From Epithemia pelagica (taxonomy: Eukaryota > Protista > Bacillariophyta): 64,000 bases of DNA. The notes beneath the pieces are model-generated. The model was not told the origin of the DNA, did no database searches, and saw only the letters and a program-made list of their open reading frames with translations. The stretch lies in the NCBI GenBank assembly GCA_946965045.2, contig OX337237.1:2666001-2730000 (forward strand), written 5' to 3'. Positions 43,555 to 54,721 of the stretch are shown one piece after another. Every line of letters begins with the position of its first letter. Position 1 is the stretch's first letter. Made by a program: the position numbers and the translations under genes.

Positions 43555-45069
43555 ATGCGGTCCTCCAGTTGTGTCCACTTGTTGTCAGCATTGACGCTGG
43601 CGAGCTTCACGTCGCTTTCTGCTTTCTCGGTTCCTCCGCCTAGCAGTCATTCTCATTCCAATGGAATGCGAATCCAGCCGCGATCTTCTTTGTCCACTAG
43701 TGCGCGACAGAGTTCGACAACCCCCTTGTCGGAATCTGTCTTTCTAACTCCCGAAAGTGCCAAGACATGCATTGACTGTGCTGGTGGTACACCGCTTTAC
43801 GCGTACAGTTTGGACCGATTGGCCCAATCGGCGACGGATTGTTTGAATTTCCCAAATGCCTTTGGCTTGACGGTGCGATATGCCATGAAGGCATGCCCGA
43901 ACGCATCCATCTTGCGCTACTTTTCATCGCGAGGCATTCATATGGATGCCAGTACTGGCTTTGAAGTCAAACGAGCCATTCAGTCGGCCGGCATTCCTGC
44001 CAGTCACATTTCCTTGTCTTCGCAAGAATTACCCGAAGATTTTGCGGACTTGATTGATCAGGGCGTTTTGTTGAACGCTTGTAGTTTGGATCAATTGGAA
44101 AAATTTGGTCAATATTATCAAAATCAGCCCGAAGAGAAACGCAAGGTGGGGATTCGCATCAACCCGGGAGTTGGATCCGGTGGCTTTTCCGCCAGTACCA
44201 CATCCTTTAGTAAGACCAACGTGGGAGGACCCAGTAGCTCTTTCGGAATTTGGCATGAGTCAGTGCAAGGACCAGTGCAGGATATTGTCAACAAGTATGG
44301 TTTGATTGTGGAACGGATTCATACGCACATTGGGAGTGGAAGTGATCCAGCCATTTGGCAACAGGTTGCTCGCAAGTCGCTAAGCTTTTGTGAAATGTTT
44401 CCCACCGTCCACACGCTAAATTTGGGAGGCGGGTACAAGGTTGGACGTGTGGCTGGCGAGAAAACGACCGACTTGCAAGAAATTGGACAACCCGTGACGG
44501 AGGCCTTTCGTGCATTTGCTGAAGAGAACAATGGACGAGAATTGCAATTGGAAATTGAGCCAGGTACATATTTGGTGGCCATGGCTGGGGCCGTCATTTC
44601 CACCATTCAAGATAAGGTGTCAACAAGCAGCGACGAGGCTGGTCATGTCTTTTTGAAACTGGATTCTGGCATGACCGATGTGTTGCGCCCCTCCTTGTAT
44701 GGAGCGTTGCATCCCATGACGGTGTTCCCTTCGTCAGGAAAATCAGAGGATGTTGGAACCGAGACAGAACAGGTTGTAGTTGTGGGTCATTGTTGCGAGT
44801 CGGGTGACTTGTTGACCCCACAAGCAGGAGAGCCCGAGGATTTGGCCGAACGCGAGCTGCGCAAGGCCTCGGTTGGCGATTGGCTCATTGTGGATGGATC
44901 CGGTGCCTATTGCTCCAGCATGTCGACCAAAAATTACAATAGCTTCCCGGAAGCACCCGAAGTTTTATTGGATACTCAAGGAAGGGCGCATTTGATTCGT
45001 AAACGACAAACCCTGGAGCAAATATATCAAAACGAAGTACCCCTTTCAGAGGATGCTGGAATCCTCTAA
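43555..45069 (+). CDS. lysA: Diaminopimelate decarboxylase, plastid-targeted
   Basis: SA|FSVP targeting sequence. PLP lysine in YAMKACPN, plus HTHIGSG, NLGGG, EIEPG, GHCCESGD and GAYCSSM...YNS. Confidence 0.92.
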   Translation: MRSSSCVHLLSALTLASFTSLSAFSVPPPSSHSHSNGMRIQPRSSLSTSARQSSTTPLSESVFLTPESAKTCIDCAGGTPLYAYSLDRLAQSATDCLNFPNAFGLTVRYAMKACPNASILRYFSSRGIHMDASTGFEVKRAIQSAGIPASHISLSSQELPEDFADLIDQGVLLNACSLDQLEKFGQYYQNQPEEKRKVGIRINPGVGSGGFSASTTSFSKTNVGGPSSSFGIWHESVQGPVQDIVNKYGLIVERIHTHIGSGSDPAIWQQVARKSLSFCEMFPTVHTLNLGGGYKVGRVAGEKTTDLQEIGQPVTEAFRAFAEENNGRELQLEIEPGTYLVAMAGAVISTIQDKVSTSSDEAGHVFLKLDSGMTDVLRPSLYGALHPMTVFPSSGKSEDVGTETEQVVVVGHCCESGDLLTPQAGEPEDLAERELRKASVGDWLIVDGSGAYCSSMSTKNYNSFPEAPEVLLDTQGRAHLIRKRQTLEQIYQNEVPLSEDAGIL

Positions 45070-46126
45070 GAAACTTTGTAAAGTTGTTCGTCACATAATC
45101 TTTGGAGCCAAGCACACTATCTAGGTATCACAGCCAGCGATGGATAGACTCGACTAAAGTTGACTTGCCTATCACCATGTTTTGTTGCCTCCTGAGGGTT
45201 CACGCACAGCGGATCATCGAAGAACTCCTCTCCCAGAATTTTGGATTGTTGATCGATCCTACGACACTAGAATAGGATAGAAAGGGCTTGCCATCGCCAC
45301 TTGATTCTCGTTGAGTCCTATCATGTCAAAGAATGGCATTGCCGAGGGGCACACTGTTGCTTGTGTATCCATTGGGACACCTTCACCTCGGTCTCATTGT
45401 TGCTGAGTCTCCAATCTTGGTGCAACGTAGATCGGCGCGCTATAGGCAACAGCCCGTCAAAAATATAGTCAGAGACCAGTCTGGACCTTGTCGCGGTTTT
45501 TACCATTCACTTGATTAATGTTTCCCATCTTGTCAAAGCTGATCAATACAGAGAACGTCGTCAGTAAGCACGATGCTTCCGAGTCGGTCAATTCTTTATC
45601 ACAACATTCTCTTCAGAGAATTTGATAAAATATGGCCCCTAAAATGCCCCAAGCACAAAAGTGTCGAACTTCCAACTGGCAGCCGAATTCGTCGCCGTTT
45701 CGAACGATTTTGGCGAGTGCCATCAACAGCAAATTTACACAGTTACCTTGATAACAATCGTATAATTTCCTTGTTACCGATTTAGATGAGGGAATTTCAG
45801 CAGTTTATCAGACCCAATTGCCTTGACGATGGAGCTTACTGAAGCACCGAATTATCATTGGAATTGGCAAAGTCGTTCTTTTCTGGTGTATTGGTGTCGT
45901 GTGTTTGGGTATGCTTGCCATCATGAGGATGGATGACCCATACGACAACATCGATGACCGAGGAATGGACAAAGGATGTACATTATCCAAGTCTGCTACT
46001 GAGCCCAACCACACCATGAGCGTGCAGCTGGGACATTGATCAGAGCAAGATTGGGCAAATACCAAGCAAACCTAAAGACCCATGAGGGTGATTGTTTGTC
46101 TTGTTTTGGGCCTTTGTTTCTTGTTC

Positions 46127-46256
46127 ATGATACTGGCGAGTTGACGCAAATCATACTGGCGAGTTGACGCATATGATACTGGCGAGTTGACGCTGATTGA
46201 TCATATTGGGGGCTTGCCTTCAACAATCAAACCAATATACTGGCGAGTGGACGCAA
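46127..46256. repeat. 23-bp minisatellite (atgatactggcgagttgacgcaa x3 plus one detached copy)
   Basis: Units start at 46127, 46150 and 46173, with a variant copy at about 46235. Confidence 0.9.
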
Positions 46257-46552
46257 ACAACAATGGCGGATGGACGCACTGTGCTGGCTCAATGCCAAAC
46301 CACTCCCTTTTCTCAATGCAATGATGGCAGTTTGAGGGGAGAGGTTGAGTCAGCTTGTACGATGCAAACACTGGCGGGATGATGTGGTTTGCAATGTGAG
46401 GACACCGTCGGACAAATGCTTCCCACAATGTGTGTGGGCGGAATGACACTCGCACCCCCACTGCACTGCAGCGTCAATGCACAAATGCACAAAATGTCTT
46501 CACGTTGCTGGCTCTAAATCAGACTTCTCATATCCTCAAGGCAATGTGAAGT

Positions 46553-46926
46553 CTGAGGGGAGAAGTAGAGCCAGACAGCATGGGATGTGACGACAGCAGT
46601 AAAAGTCTCTGCGACGACAGCAGTAAAAGTCAAGGAATGCAAAGACTGCTGAGGGGAGAAGTAGAGCCAGACAGCATGGGATGTGACGACAGCAGTAAAA
46701 GTCTCTGCGACGACAGCAGTAAAAGTCAAGGCTCTGCAACGATAGCAGTAAAAGTCAAGGAATGCAAAGACTGCGACGACAGCAGTAAAGGTAACTGCGA
46801 TGACAGCAGTAAAAGTCAATGCGACGACAGCAGTAAACAATGCCCCATGATGTGGGTATGCCTGCGATGACAGCAGTAAAAGTCAATACGACAACAGCAG
46901 TAAACAATGCTCCATGATGTGGGTAT
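46553..46926 (+). repeat. Compound repeat: 96-bp duplication plus ~8 copies of gacgacagcagtaaaagtc (reads CDDSSKS)
   Basis: ctgaggggagaagtagagcc occurs at 46553 and 46649. The CDD unit resumes after element A at about 63647 (aactgcgatgacaaa). Confidence 0.85.
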
Positions 46927-47709
46927 TGTTACAATTCTTTCTGAATCGTAGGGACATTGATGCTCGGTAGAGCAGACAATCAGGTAGGTCACCAACCGAT
47001 ACAAGCTTCTCAGGGTCAGAGAAGCAAGCAAGTCGAAGTCTATCAGAAGGATAGTCGGGACACAAAAGAGGATGTGATAAATGGTGATATTGTTAGATTG
47101 TGTGTTGATTACTACGATAGGTCTACGTGAAATGTTCGGTCCTGCCAAGGGTCATGTGTCATAGGTTCTTGGCGGCAACAGGTTTGGAATAGTTGGAGTC
47201 GATTCATGTGATGTATATGACATGTATATGTGGGCGGATAACATATACAGGGTCAACAGCTCTTGCTTTGGGTTGGCATAGTTGTTTTCATGGCGCGCAG
47301 CTTGTTGACAATTTGGAGATTGTGGGAATGGAAATATGGTCTCGCGTGATCGTGTGTCGTGCTTGGGATACTTAGACCGTTGGATCGGATAGATGCCGAT
47401 AGCGCTCGGATGTCGCTTGGGCGCGCTCGATGATTTCGGGCGCGTACGCTTAGGGCGTTAGTATAATGTCCGAGCAACGGCCAAATTTATGTCCGTTGTA
47501 ATACCGCACGACCCAGTTTAGTCTTGAGAGTGAGTTCGTCAATCTATTCTCACTTTTCATGATTTGCGAAGAAATATAGGTCGATATAGCGCGAAGCTAG
47601 GGAACATAGCTCGAAGCTAGATGGCATGATGCGATAGCACGAGGCTATGTGACATGGGGAATCGATGAGATGTAGAATCTAACCACCATAGACGGTGAGA
47701 ATTCTAACA
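46927..47709 (-). repeat. 3' LTR of element A
   Basis: No mismatch to the reconstructed 5' LTR found by eye. Begins right after the PPT. Confidence 0.95.
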
Positions 47710-50700
47710 CTCCCCACAACTCGTCGTTTCAGCCTTGTCATCATTGGATTTGTTGAGGTCTTGAACTTCTCCTTTCCAAAACAACAATGGCTTGAGCATG
47801 GGCCAAATAGATACGAAATCCCAATGTTTGCTAAGGATATCGGCAGGGTTGGTCTTTCCATCTTTCCAGTAGAATGCAACATACTTTGCTGCGATGGCTT
47901 CACGAACTCGGTGGTATGACAGAAGATGGTGTCTCTTGGATAGTATGGAATGAGGAACGGTTGCATTGAGCACAACAGATCTGTTATCTCCGTACATGTA
48001 ACTTCGCTCTCGGATAGGTACTCCAAGGTAGCGGAGAGAATGTCGTAATTCTGTAATCTGATCTATTGCTGTCCTTGCAGCCACAAACTCGGATCCATAG
48101 GTAGCAGTTTCCACCGTGCTCTGTCTCTTGCTGTACCAGTCAATAGGTGTTCCGTTCAACAAATGTAGAACAGCAGTGACGGATTTACCAGTGACTATGT
48201 CATGCATGAGATTGGCATCAACATAATGAGTTGTGGTAACATAGCGGCCAAGAGGTGTTGGGCAGTCTTCAGGAATACGTTCACTTGCATTCGAATAGAC
48301 AGTGCGAGTCCAATCAAATTCTTGGGTAGGAAGACTTGAATAATCAGGCTCTCCAATCCTAAATCTGATTGCGCCTTCTGGGAGATGTGCAAGGTATCCA
48401 TAGATACGCTTGGCTCTATCAAGATGTCCTTTCCTCGGAGCAGCACGAAAGCGTGATAGCGTCATTGTAGCGGTGAAGACGTCGAAACGACCAATAGTGA
48501 TCACCCATTGGAGTTGTCCAATCAGAGTTTGGAAATGGTTAGTACCTTCTTCATCAAGGAGCTCAGAATCATCCAATTCAGGATGGTCTCCACCAATAAG
48601 AGGTGTTTTGGCTTTCTTGGGTTTCTCCTTGAAGATTCGTTCGAAAGTGTCCATCATCTTACCAATGTAGCGTCTTGGATCTGCTACTAATGTTCCATCA
48701 GAATCCTTGGTGTAACAACATCCCAAGTGAAAATCAATAGGTCCATCTCCTTTGAGTTTGAAGTTGTATTTCTCCTTCAGGATCTTGCAGATATTCCCAG
48801 GATCAGTAGAAATAATGGCTAAGTCATCAACGTATACGGCAATGTATTCGTAACAGTCTTCTCCAGGTGCCTTCCTCATCCAGATATCCGGATCTGCTTT
48901 GCTTGGTGAAAATCCCATGTCTGTCAAAACATCGAATAAGACATCATGCCAGCGTGCGCCTGATGACTTCAATCCATAAAGTGCCTTGTATATAATCAGG
49001 ATGTGACCTTCTAATTCCTTGAATTCAGGTCCTGCGACAATGAAAATTTTCTCCCCTGTCAAGGCTTCCAGATATGCGTTTCCAATATCTGCTCCCCATA
49101 TTTCCAAGTCATTCAAAGTACCCAGGAATAAGGCAATGCGGAGGTTGCGAATGGAAACAACACCTGAATAGATTGTCTCAACAGGTTCTTTTGTGAGATG
49201 TCCATCTGCGACAAGTCTTGCTTTATGTTGTCCATCATGTTTTACGTCAAAGACAAGATGTACACGTATCTTATGATATCCTTCAGGTGCATTGGATACT
49301 TTCCCTTTAATGAAGATGGCTTTCCCAAAATCCTTGAATGTCTTGTAGGACTGGATCTGTGACAATTCTAATTCTGTTGCATCTTGCCACTTTGTGTTGC
49401 CATGTTGTTTATCAAGAGCGACAGCTTCCTCATAATTGCGTGGTACTTGGAATCCAAACTTATACTTGACGGAATGGTGAACTTGTTTAATCCTTGACTG
49501 TTTGGCTGCTCGAATGAGACGTTTGCTTGTTTTGACATAACGTTTCAAATGCTTCCATCCAGGTTCGTTGAGTAAATCATGTTTCTTTCCATAAATTGCT
49601 ACAGTGATCGGATCATCATTGGCGATGAGTGATAAAGGTTCATAGGTAGTCTCCCCAGTTTCCCAATCAACAAGCAAATTATATTTGCTCCCCTTGTAAT
49701 CTGGATCAGTTGTGTTCAGTGGGCCTTGATGGGCAATGACGTCCCTGAACCTGAAAAGATTATCTCCAGAGGTTTGAGCTTGGTTATCTCGTTCGATATA
49801 CTCCATGAGTTGATTATAGGATATCATCTCATCAACATCAGAATTTGTCTTTCGGTAGATGTACTTGACACGTTCTTCCTGTTTCGTTGCTTCTTCATTA
49901 AGATCAATGACTCGTTTGATGACACGTGCACGGTGTCGCTCCCCATTTTCTTCTGTGTCGCATAGGAATGTGCGTCCTATCATGTCGTCAAAATCGATCG
50001 TGGGCATTGGTTTGGATGGATCTTCACTATCACTGCGAATGAAGACAGTGTCAGCTTGCTTATCATTGTCATCCTTCTCAGACGAATCCTCCCCTGAAGG
50101 TCGATCCACACGTAGGTTAGGTGTAGTGGATTCAACACGGCGAACGGCAGAACGGTAGATTATCTGGTTATCCTGGGTGAGAATCTTCCAAGTAAAAGAA
50201 TCACCAACGTTGTGAGCAAAACCAACCCAGTGGCCAAGTTTCTCAGCAGAAGAAGATGGATATGAACCGGAATTGGGTTCAGCGGGGTCGACACGGTAGT
50301 AAACCTCATCCCAGAAAGGAAAGAACAAGAGATGAGTAATGTCGGGTGGGCGTCCGGAGAGAGCCTCAAGAGGAGTGCGACCGGAGTGGGTGGGTGATGA
50401 CGTATGGTTCAATAAGTCACAGACATACTCAAGGCAAAGAAGCCAGGTGTTGGCAGGGCAACCAGTGGCATTCATGAGAGCGTTGGTCATACGTTTAACG
50501 GTCTGGTAACGGTTTTCAGCCTTATTCTGGTGTTGATGATAAGGTTCGGATCGATACTCCCCAATAAGCAAAGTGCGAAGAATGTCTTTAACCTTTTGAG
50601 AGATGAGAGATGAACCACCATCACTGATAAGAGTCTCCATGGCACCACGAAACCGGATGTTGTCCTGAAGAGTATTGACAAACTGTTTGGTTGACTTGAT

Positions 50701-53391
50701 CCCATAGATATCAGTAACCAGAGTATCTTGACCAACAAAGATTTGTGCGACTTTACCGCCATGGTCAACAGCAGGGGTGTCGGAGAAAACCGAGTCAGTA
50801 GCAACGGGTTCATGGCGTCGAGGTATATTAAGGACCGGATTGCGAGCCTTGAAATGTTTCTTGAGGGTGTCGTGGTTAAAAGTAATGCTACCATTACGTG
50901 TAGTGTGCTTGAACGTATCGGCAATAACATCTTCAGATTGCCAACCAAAGAATGGACGGAACTTCTTCCAGTCATACGCTTCCTGGTAACGACGGTGGAC
51001 AGAGGCATGAAGTGTAGGATCATTACCTTCTGCGTCAGCATAGATAGAAAAGAAGGGTGCGTCGTCAGGTCCATGATCATATGGGAGATCCAAAAGGAGA
51101 TTGAGGTTACAAACAACACGATCAGTGTACTCCCCATAGTTGTCATATGGATGGTTCGACATACTACCATCAGTCTTGACGTGTTTCCAATCAGGATCAT
51201 TGTCAGAGGGTGTGGGAGAATACGAATGGTCCAGAACACCAGGATCCCATGTGTCGGGTGACGTGAAGATGATCTGAGGTAAGGTATCCATGTCATCGTC
51301 GCTGGGGATACCCAAGGAGTGGATATAGGCTAACCCATCCTTGATGTGAAGGGGTATGGCACGACCATCAAGTGTAGTGATGCGTTGTTTACCATCAACT
51401 TTAACAGATCGTTCATCAACAGCAAGTCCGAAATGCTCGAATTGACCAGGAGCATGGATAGATAAGCCCTTTCCATAATAAGCATATTCATTGAAGATGC
51501 CGACAATAGGTCCGTCATTGGTCTCAAACTTTGCGGCACATGTGACGACAGGAAGTCCAGTAAGTTCATGGTTATCAATACCCACAATAGTGATATGGCG
51601 GCCAGTCTTAGAAAGGATGCGCATGTCAGAACCAGCAAGTCCTCCATTAGCACCACGGTCAATCAATTGATTTCCTGGTAAAGTAGATTTCCTGGAAAAC
51701 AGATAGCGTGGAACATGTCCTGCTTGTTTATGCATGTTGGTTTTGAAAGTAACCTTCTTGCTCGTCTTGGACTTGGCGTTAGAAAGAACACTAGTCAGGT
51801 CAGTTGCCGGGTGATTGATATCAGTCGTCATGGCTTGGTTGATAAATTGTGTAACCGGATCTGAGTCATCTGGATGCTCAGGGAATACGCCAGGTGAGTC
51901 GTCATCAGATGCAACTTGGTTGGGGTCAGGATCAGGTTCCGGATCAATGTCGAGGGCATGTGTTTGCACTTTCCTCGGTGTTGTTGATGAAGGTGCTTGA
52001 ATCATCTTGTTATACTCAATGATCAACTTGCGATCTTCTTCAGAAAGTTTGAACCATAGGTCACGCGGTAGACTAACCTTGGACAAAGAGGATGGAGATT
52101 CAGATGTCGCTGTGGTGTTGTGGACATGATACTCCATATCATCTTGTGAGGTTATGTCAGCATCTGTATCTTGGCCATATAGTGATTCATGTTGTTTGAC
52201 ATGTCGACGGCGACTATGAACAGATGACTGGGTTGCTTGATCATGGTCATAAGCTGCGTCTAGAAGGAGACGGAAGTATGATTGATAGCAAAGGGATTTT
52301 GCACCGGATTTGGTGTTCACCACATTATCCAAGATCTTGACTCGGCGGAGATCAGGTACCTTTTCTACAGCTTGCATGAGGAAGGTCATCCTGGTATGAT
52401 CAGGGATGCGATCAGACAATGTCACTAAATTGTCTAGCAAACGTAACTGCTCTTGAAAGTGTAGAAGAAATTGACGTGTTGTTCCGCGCCATGTGTCGTC
52501 AAGACGTAGATTGGAAATGTAGTTGGTTAAGCGGAGGACTTCTCGCTTTGCTAGGTCGGATTCGGTATGCAAAGAGTGTAACTTCTGCAATACGGCACGC
52601 GCATCTTCATCATGTTCATGTTCACGTACATAGGCTCGACCTTGGTCAGTCTGAATGATACGGACAAGAACGGAGTAAAGAAATACTTGTTGCTCTTGAA
52701 AAAGTTCTTCGGCATACTCATCATCATGGGGTGGTGTGTATTTGAAATTCAGAACATTGGATAGGCCTTGAGCCTTAGCTGTAGTCTTGAATACACGCCA
52801 GAATGAATCGTAGTATCGTTCATCCTTGAATACCTCATATGCAGTTGCGTCGCGCTTAGTTCCCTTTCTGAATGCTGTAAGGTCTTGTTGAGATTGGGAT
52901 GCGGCAGTAACTGTGCTGACAGATTTCACAGATGACGGTGACTTCATTGGCGAGACTGGGACTTGGCTAGGTGGTCCCTTAGAGAAATCTGTGTTGATCC
53001 TCCAAGTGTTGAACTCTTTCCTCGTTAGGTTCATCCAGTCGCTATTGGATAGCTCGTCTTGAATTTCATTGGTCTTGTATGTGGCCCAATAAGCCAAGAG
53101 CTTGATCTGCTGTCTTGTGGGGCCTTGTAGATCATGTGTCTGTTTGTTGACCTTGTATTGTGTCAGTTCCTTCATGGATTCCTCGGTATTAGTTTGCATA
53201 TACGAGATAACATGGGTAATGTTCTCAAAACCATGGTATTTCATCCACTTCATTAAGTAGTCGGCCCTTTCTTTGGTGAAGAATTGGCAGACAGTAAATA
53301 TGATGTGGTGGAATAGGTCTGTGTCCGAGACATTGTCTTGGTTATCTTCTCCCTTAGGAGTCGTAGGTGTCTTGGGTGATTGAGGATCCAT
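47704..53391 (-). CDS. Gag-Pol polyprotein of element A (1895 aa; order GAG-PR-IN-RT-RH)
   Basis: PR IDRGANGGLAG; IN ATDS / SDGG / KAENRY; RT VRNLR, ALYGLKSSG, VYVDDL; RH HYVDAN, GSEF, GDN, NPADILSK. The stop codon lies in the first 6 nt of the 3' LTR. Confidence 0.97.
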   Translation of the reverse strand: MDPQSPKTPTTPKGEDNQDNVSDTDLFHHIIFTVCQFFTKERADYLMKWMKYHGFENITHVISYMQTNTEESMKELTQYKVNKQTHDLQGPTRQQIKLLAYWATYKTNEIQDELSNSDWMNLTRKEFNTWRINTDFSKGPPSQVPVSPMKSPSSVKSVSTVTAASQSQQDLTAFRKGTKRDATAYEVFKDERYYDSFWRVFKTTAKAQGLSNVLNFKYTPPHDDEYAEELFQEQQVFLYSVLVRIIQTDQGRAYVREHEHDEDARAVLQKLHSLHTESDLAKREVLRLTNYISNLRLDDTWRGTTRQFLLHFQEQLRLLDNLVTLSDRIPDHTRMTFLMQAVEKVPDLRRVKILDNVVNTKSGAKSLCYQSYFRLLLDAAYDHDQATQSSVHSRRRHVKQHESLYGQDTDADITSQDDMEYHVHNTTATSESPSSLSKVSLPRDLWFKLSEEDRKLIIEYNKMIQAPSSTTPRKVQTHALDIDPEPDPDPNQVASDDDSPGVFPEHPDDSDPVTQFINQAMTTDINHPATDLTSVLSNAKSKTSKKVTFKTNMHKQAGHVPRYLFSRKSTLPGNQLIDRGANGGLAGSDMRILSKTGRHITIVGIDNHELTGLPVVTCAAKFETNDGPIVGIFNEYAYYGKGLSIHAPGQFEHFGLAVDERSVKVDGKQRITTLDGRAIPLHIKDGLAYIHSLGIPSDDDMDTLPQIIFTSPDTWDPGVLDHSYSPTPSDNDPDWKHVKTDGSMSNHPYDNYGEYTDRVVCNLNLLLDLPYDHGPDDAPFFSIYADAEGNDPTLHASVHRRYQEAYDWKKFRPFFGWQSEDVIADTFKHTTRNGSITFNHDTLKKHFKARNPVLNIPRRHEPVATDSVFSDTPAVDHGGKVAQIFVGQDTLVTDIYGIKSTKQFVNTLQDNIRFRGAMETLISDGGSSLISQKVKDILRTLLIGEYRSEPYHQHQNKAENRYQTVKRMTNALMNATGCPANTWLLCLEYVCDLLNHTSSPTHSGRTPLEALSGRPPDITHLLFFPFWDEVYYRVDPAEPNSGSYPSSSAEKLGHWVGFAHNVGDSFTWKILTQDNQIIYRSAVRRVESTTPNLRVDRPSGEDSSEKDDNDKQADTVFIRSDSEDPSKPMPTIDFDDMIGRTFLCDTEENGERHRARVIKRVIDLNEEATKQEERVKYIYRKTNSDVDEMISYNQLMEYIERDNQAQTSGDNLFRFRDVIAHQGPLNTTDPDYKGSKYNLLVDWETGETTYEPLSLIANDDPITVAIYGKKHDLLNEPGWKHLKRYVKTSKRLIRAAKQSRIKQVHHSVKYKFGFQVPRNYEEAVALDKQHGNTKWQDATELELSQIQSYKTFKDFGKAIFIKGKVSNAPEGYHKIRVHLVFDVKHDGQHKARLVADGHLTKEPVETIYSGVVSIRNLRIALFLGTLNDLEIWGADIGNAYLEALTGEKIFIVAGPEFKELEGHILIIYKALYGLKSSGARWHDVLFDVLTDMGFSPSKADPDIWMRKAPGEDCYEYIAVYVDDLAIISTDPGNICKILKEKYNFKLKGDGPIDFHLGCCYTKDSDGTLVADPRRYIGKMMDTFERIFKEKPKKAKTPLIGGDHPELDDSELLDEEGTNHFQTLIGQLQWVITIGRFDVFTATMTLSRFRAAPRKGHLDRAKRIYGYLAHLPEGAIRFRIGEPDYSSLPTQEFDWTRTVYSNASERIPEDCPTPLGRYVTTTHYVDANLMHDIVTGKSVTAVLHLLNGTPIDWYSKRQSTVETATYGSEFVAARTAIDQITELRHSLRYLGVPIRERSYMYGDNRSVVLNATVPHSILSKRHHLLSYHRVREAIAAKYVAFYWKDGKTNPADILSKHWDFVSIWPMLKPLLFWKGEVQDLNKSNDDKAETTSCGEC

Positions 53392-53676
53392 GGTGTTATT
53401 TGGTTGGTTCGATGTTTATTTAATGTGCGGTGTGATGTGGTTTATTTAATGTGTGATGTGATGTGAACCCGGATGTACCACGTGTGCCACGTATGTACCA
53501 CGTATGTGATACCCGGATGTGTGTTGTGATGTGCGACTCCTGGAAATTTCCGTTGATTTCGACAAATTTTCGCCGAGTTTCAACAAATTTTCGCCGAATT
53601 TTCGCGATTTGACGGGAATGTGTGGCGTGTTGTGCGACCAAGGGTACCCGGATGTGCGTTGAGTTTAAGTCTTGGA
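53392..53676 (-). promoter_or_regulatory. 285-bp pre-gag leader of element A
   Basis: Reverse complement of 56326-56610 with two mismatches. Internal repeats CACATCCGGG x3, ACGTGG x3, CGGCGAAAATTTGT x2 and CACATTAAATAAAC x2. Confidence 0.8.
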
Positions 53677-53711
53677 AAGGTTTTGAGAGGACGGGAGTTA
53701 ACTATGAGTAA

Positions 53712-54491
53712 TTAAGCTTCGGTCTCCGAATCCTCACCCTCTTCCGAATGATCAGAGTCGCTTCCAGGCTCAGATGGGGCAGCACAAGCAACAGAAGAAG
53801 GGGTATCACCTTCAGCCAGGTGGTTCTCGACCTCGGTACGCAAAGGGTAGATAGTTGCACGATGGTCCTCGATGGTATGGACCTCGTGGATGTAGGCAAC
53901 GTAGTTATCTAGGCGTACAACGTTAGGAGGCAAAGGGCAAGTCGTCGCGTTCACGACGTGGATGGTATTGTAGTATCCAGTTGGGCGCTCGAAGGTTAGG
54001 AAGCGGAGGTGGACAGTACGGATGGGGTTGCCCGAGAGGGCGGCAAAGATGAGGCGACGCCTCGGAGAACGATGAAGTTGGTCGTTCAGACGGTCAATGT
54101 CTTCTTGGTCGACGATGTGGGTCACCGATTGGAACTGGCGTTCGATCTGGGTCTCCCCACGGATGATCTCGGGATCGAAGGTCGAACAAGTTGGTTGGCG
54201 GAAGTACTTGATATGATCAGCAATCAACCGGGTGGTACGACGGGATCGAGAAGGGACGAGCCGACGAGGCGGACTCGGGGGCCGAAGCAACGGCGCAGGG
54301 ATCGGAGCGTGAGGCTGGGTTGGAGTCTCGAATGGGTTGCTGTTGGAACTGTCGACGGAGATGTTGACCGATGTGTTGGCTGCCTTCGGCGTCGGCACTA
54401 GTTCCTGCTGCACCAGGGTATCGGGCTGCCCGGGATGCAGGTTGGCTCGATAGATCTGTCGTACAGGAGTGATAATCTCGTTAGTATCCAT
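53712..54491 (-). CDS. ORF1 of element A: extra sense ORF of unknown function (259 aa)
   Basis: ATG lies ~22 nt after the PBS. Pro-rich N-terminus; the core aligns without gaps to ORF1 of B. Confidence 0.85.
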   Translation of the reverse strand: MDTNEIITPVRQIYRANLHPGQPDTLVQQELVPTPKAANTSVNISVDSSNSNPFETPTQPHAPIPAPLLRPPSPPRRLVPSRSRRTTRLIADHIKYFRQPTCSTFDPEIIRGETQIERQFQSVTHIVDQEDIDRLNDQLHRSPRRRLIFAALSGNPIRTVHLRFLTFERPTGYYNTIHVVNATTCPLPPNVVRLDNYVAYIHEVHTIEDHRATIYPLRTEVENHLAEGDTPSSVACAAPSEPGSDSDHSEEGEDSETEA

Positions 54492-54513
54492 GAAACCACA
54501 AGGAAATAAGCTT

Positions 54514-54527
54514 TGAGACTGTTAATC
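54514..54527 (-). promoter_or_regulatory. Primer binding site of element A
   Basis: Plus strand reads TGAGACTGTTAATC, abutting the LTR end at 54528. Confidence 0.75.
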
Positions 54528-54721
54528 TGTTACAATTCTTTCTGAATCGTAGGGACATTGATGCTCGGTAGAGCAGACAATCAGGTAGGTCACCAACCGA
54601 TACAAGCTTCTCAGGGTCAGAGAAGCAAGCAAGTCGAAGTCTATCAGAAGGATAGTCGGGACACAAAAGAGGATGTGATAAATGGTGATATTGTTAGATT
54701 GTGTGTTGATTACTACGATAG
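54528..54721 (-). repeat. PBS-proximal 194 bp of the split 5' LTR of element A
   Basis: Identical to 46927-47120 and ends in the GATAG target site. Confidence 0.95.

Noticed and set aside
46127-46256. Short direct repeats superficially like a CRISPR array
   Set aside because: Units are adjacent without unique spacers, the context is eukaryotic, and there are no cas genes.
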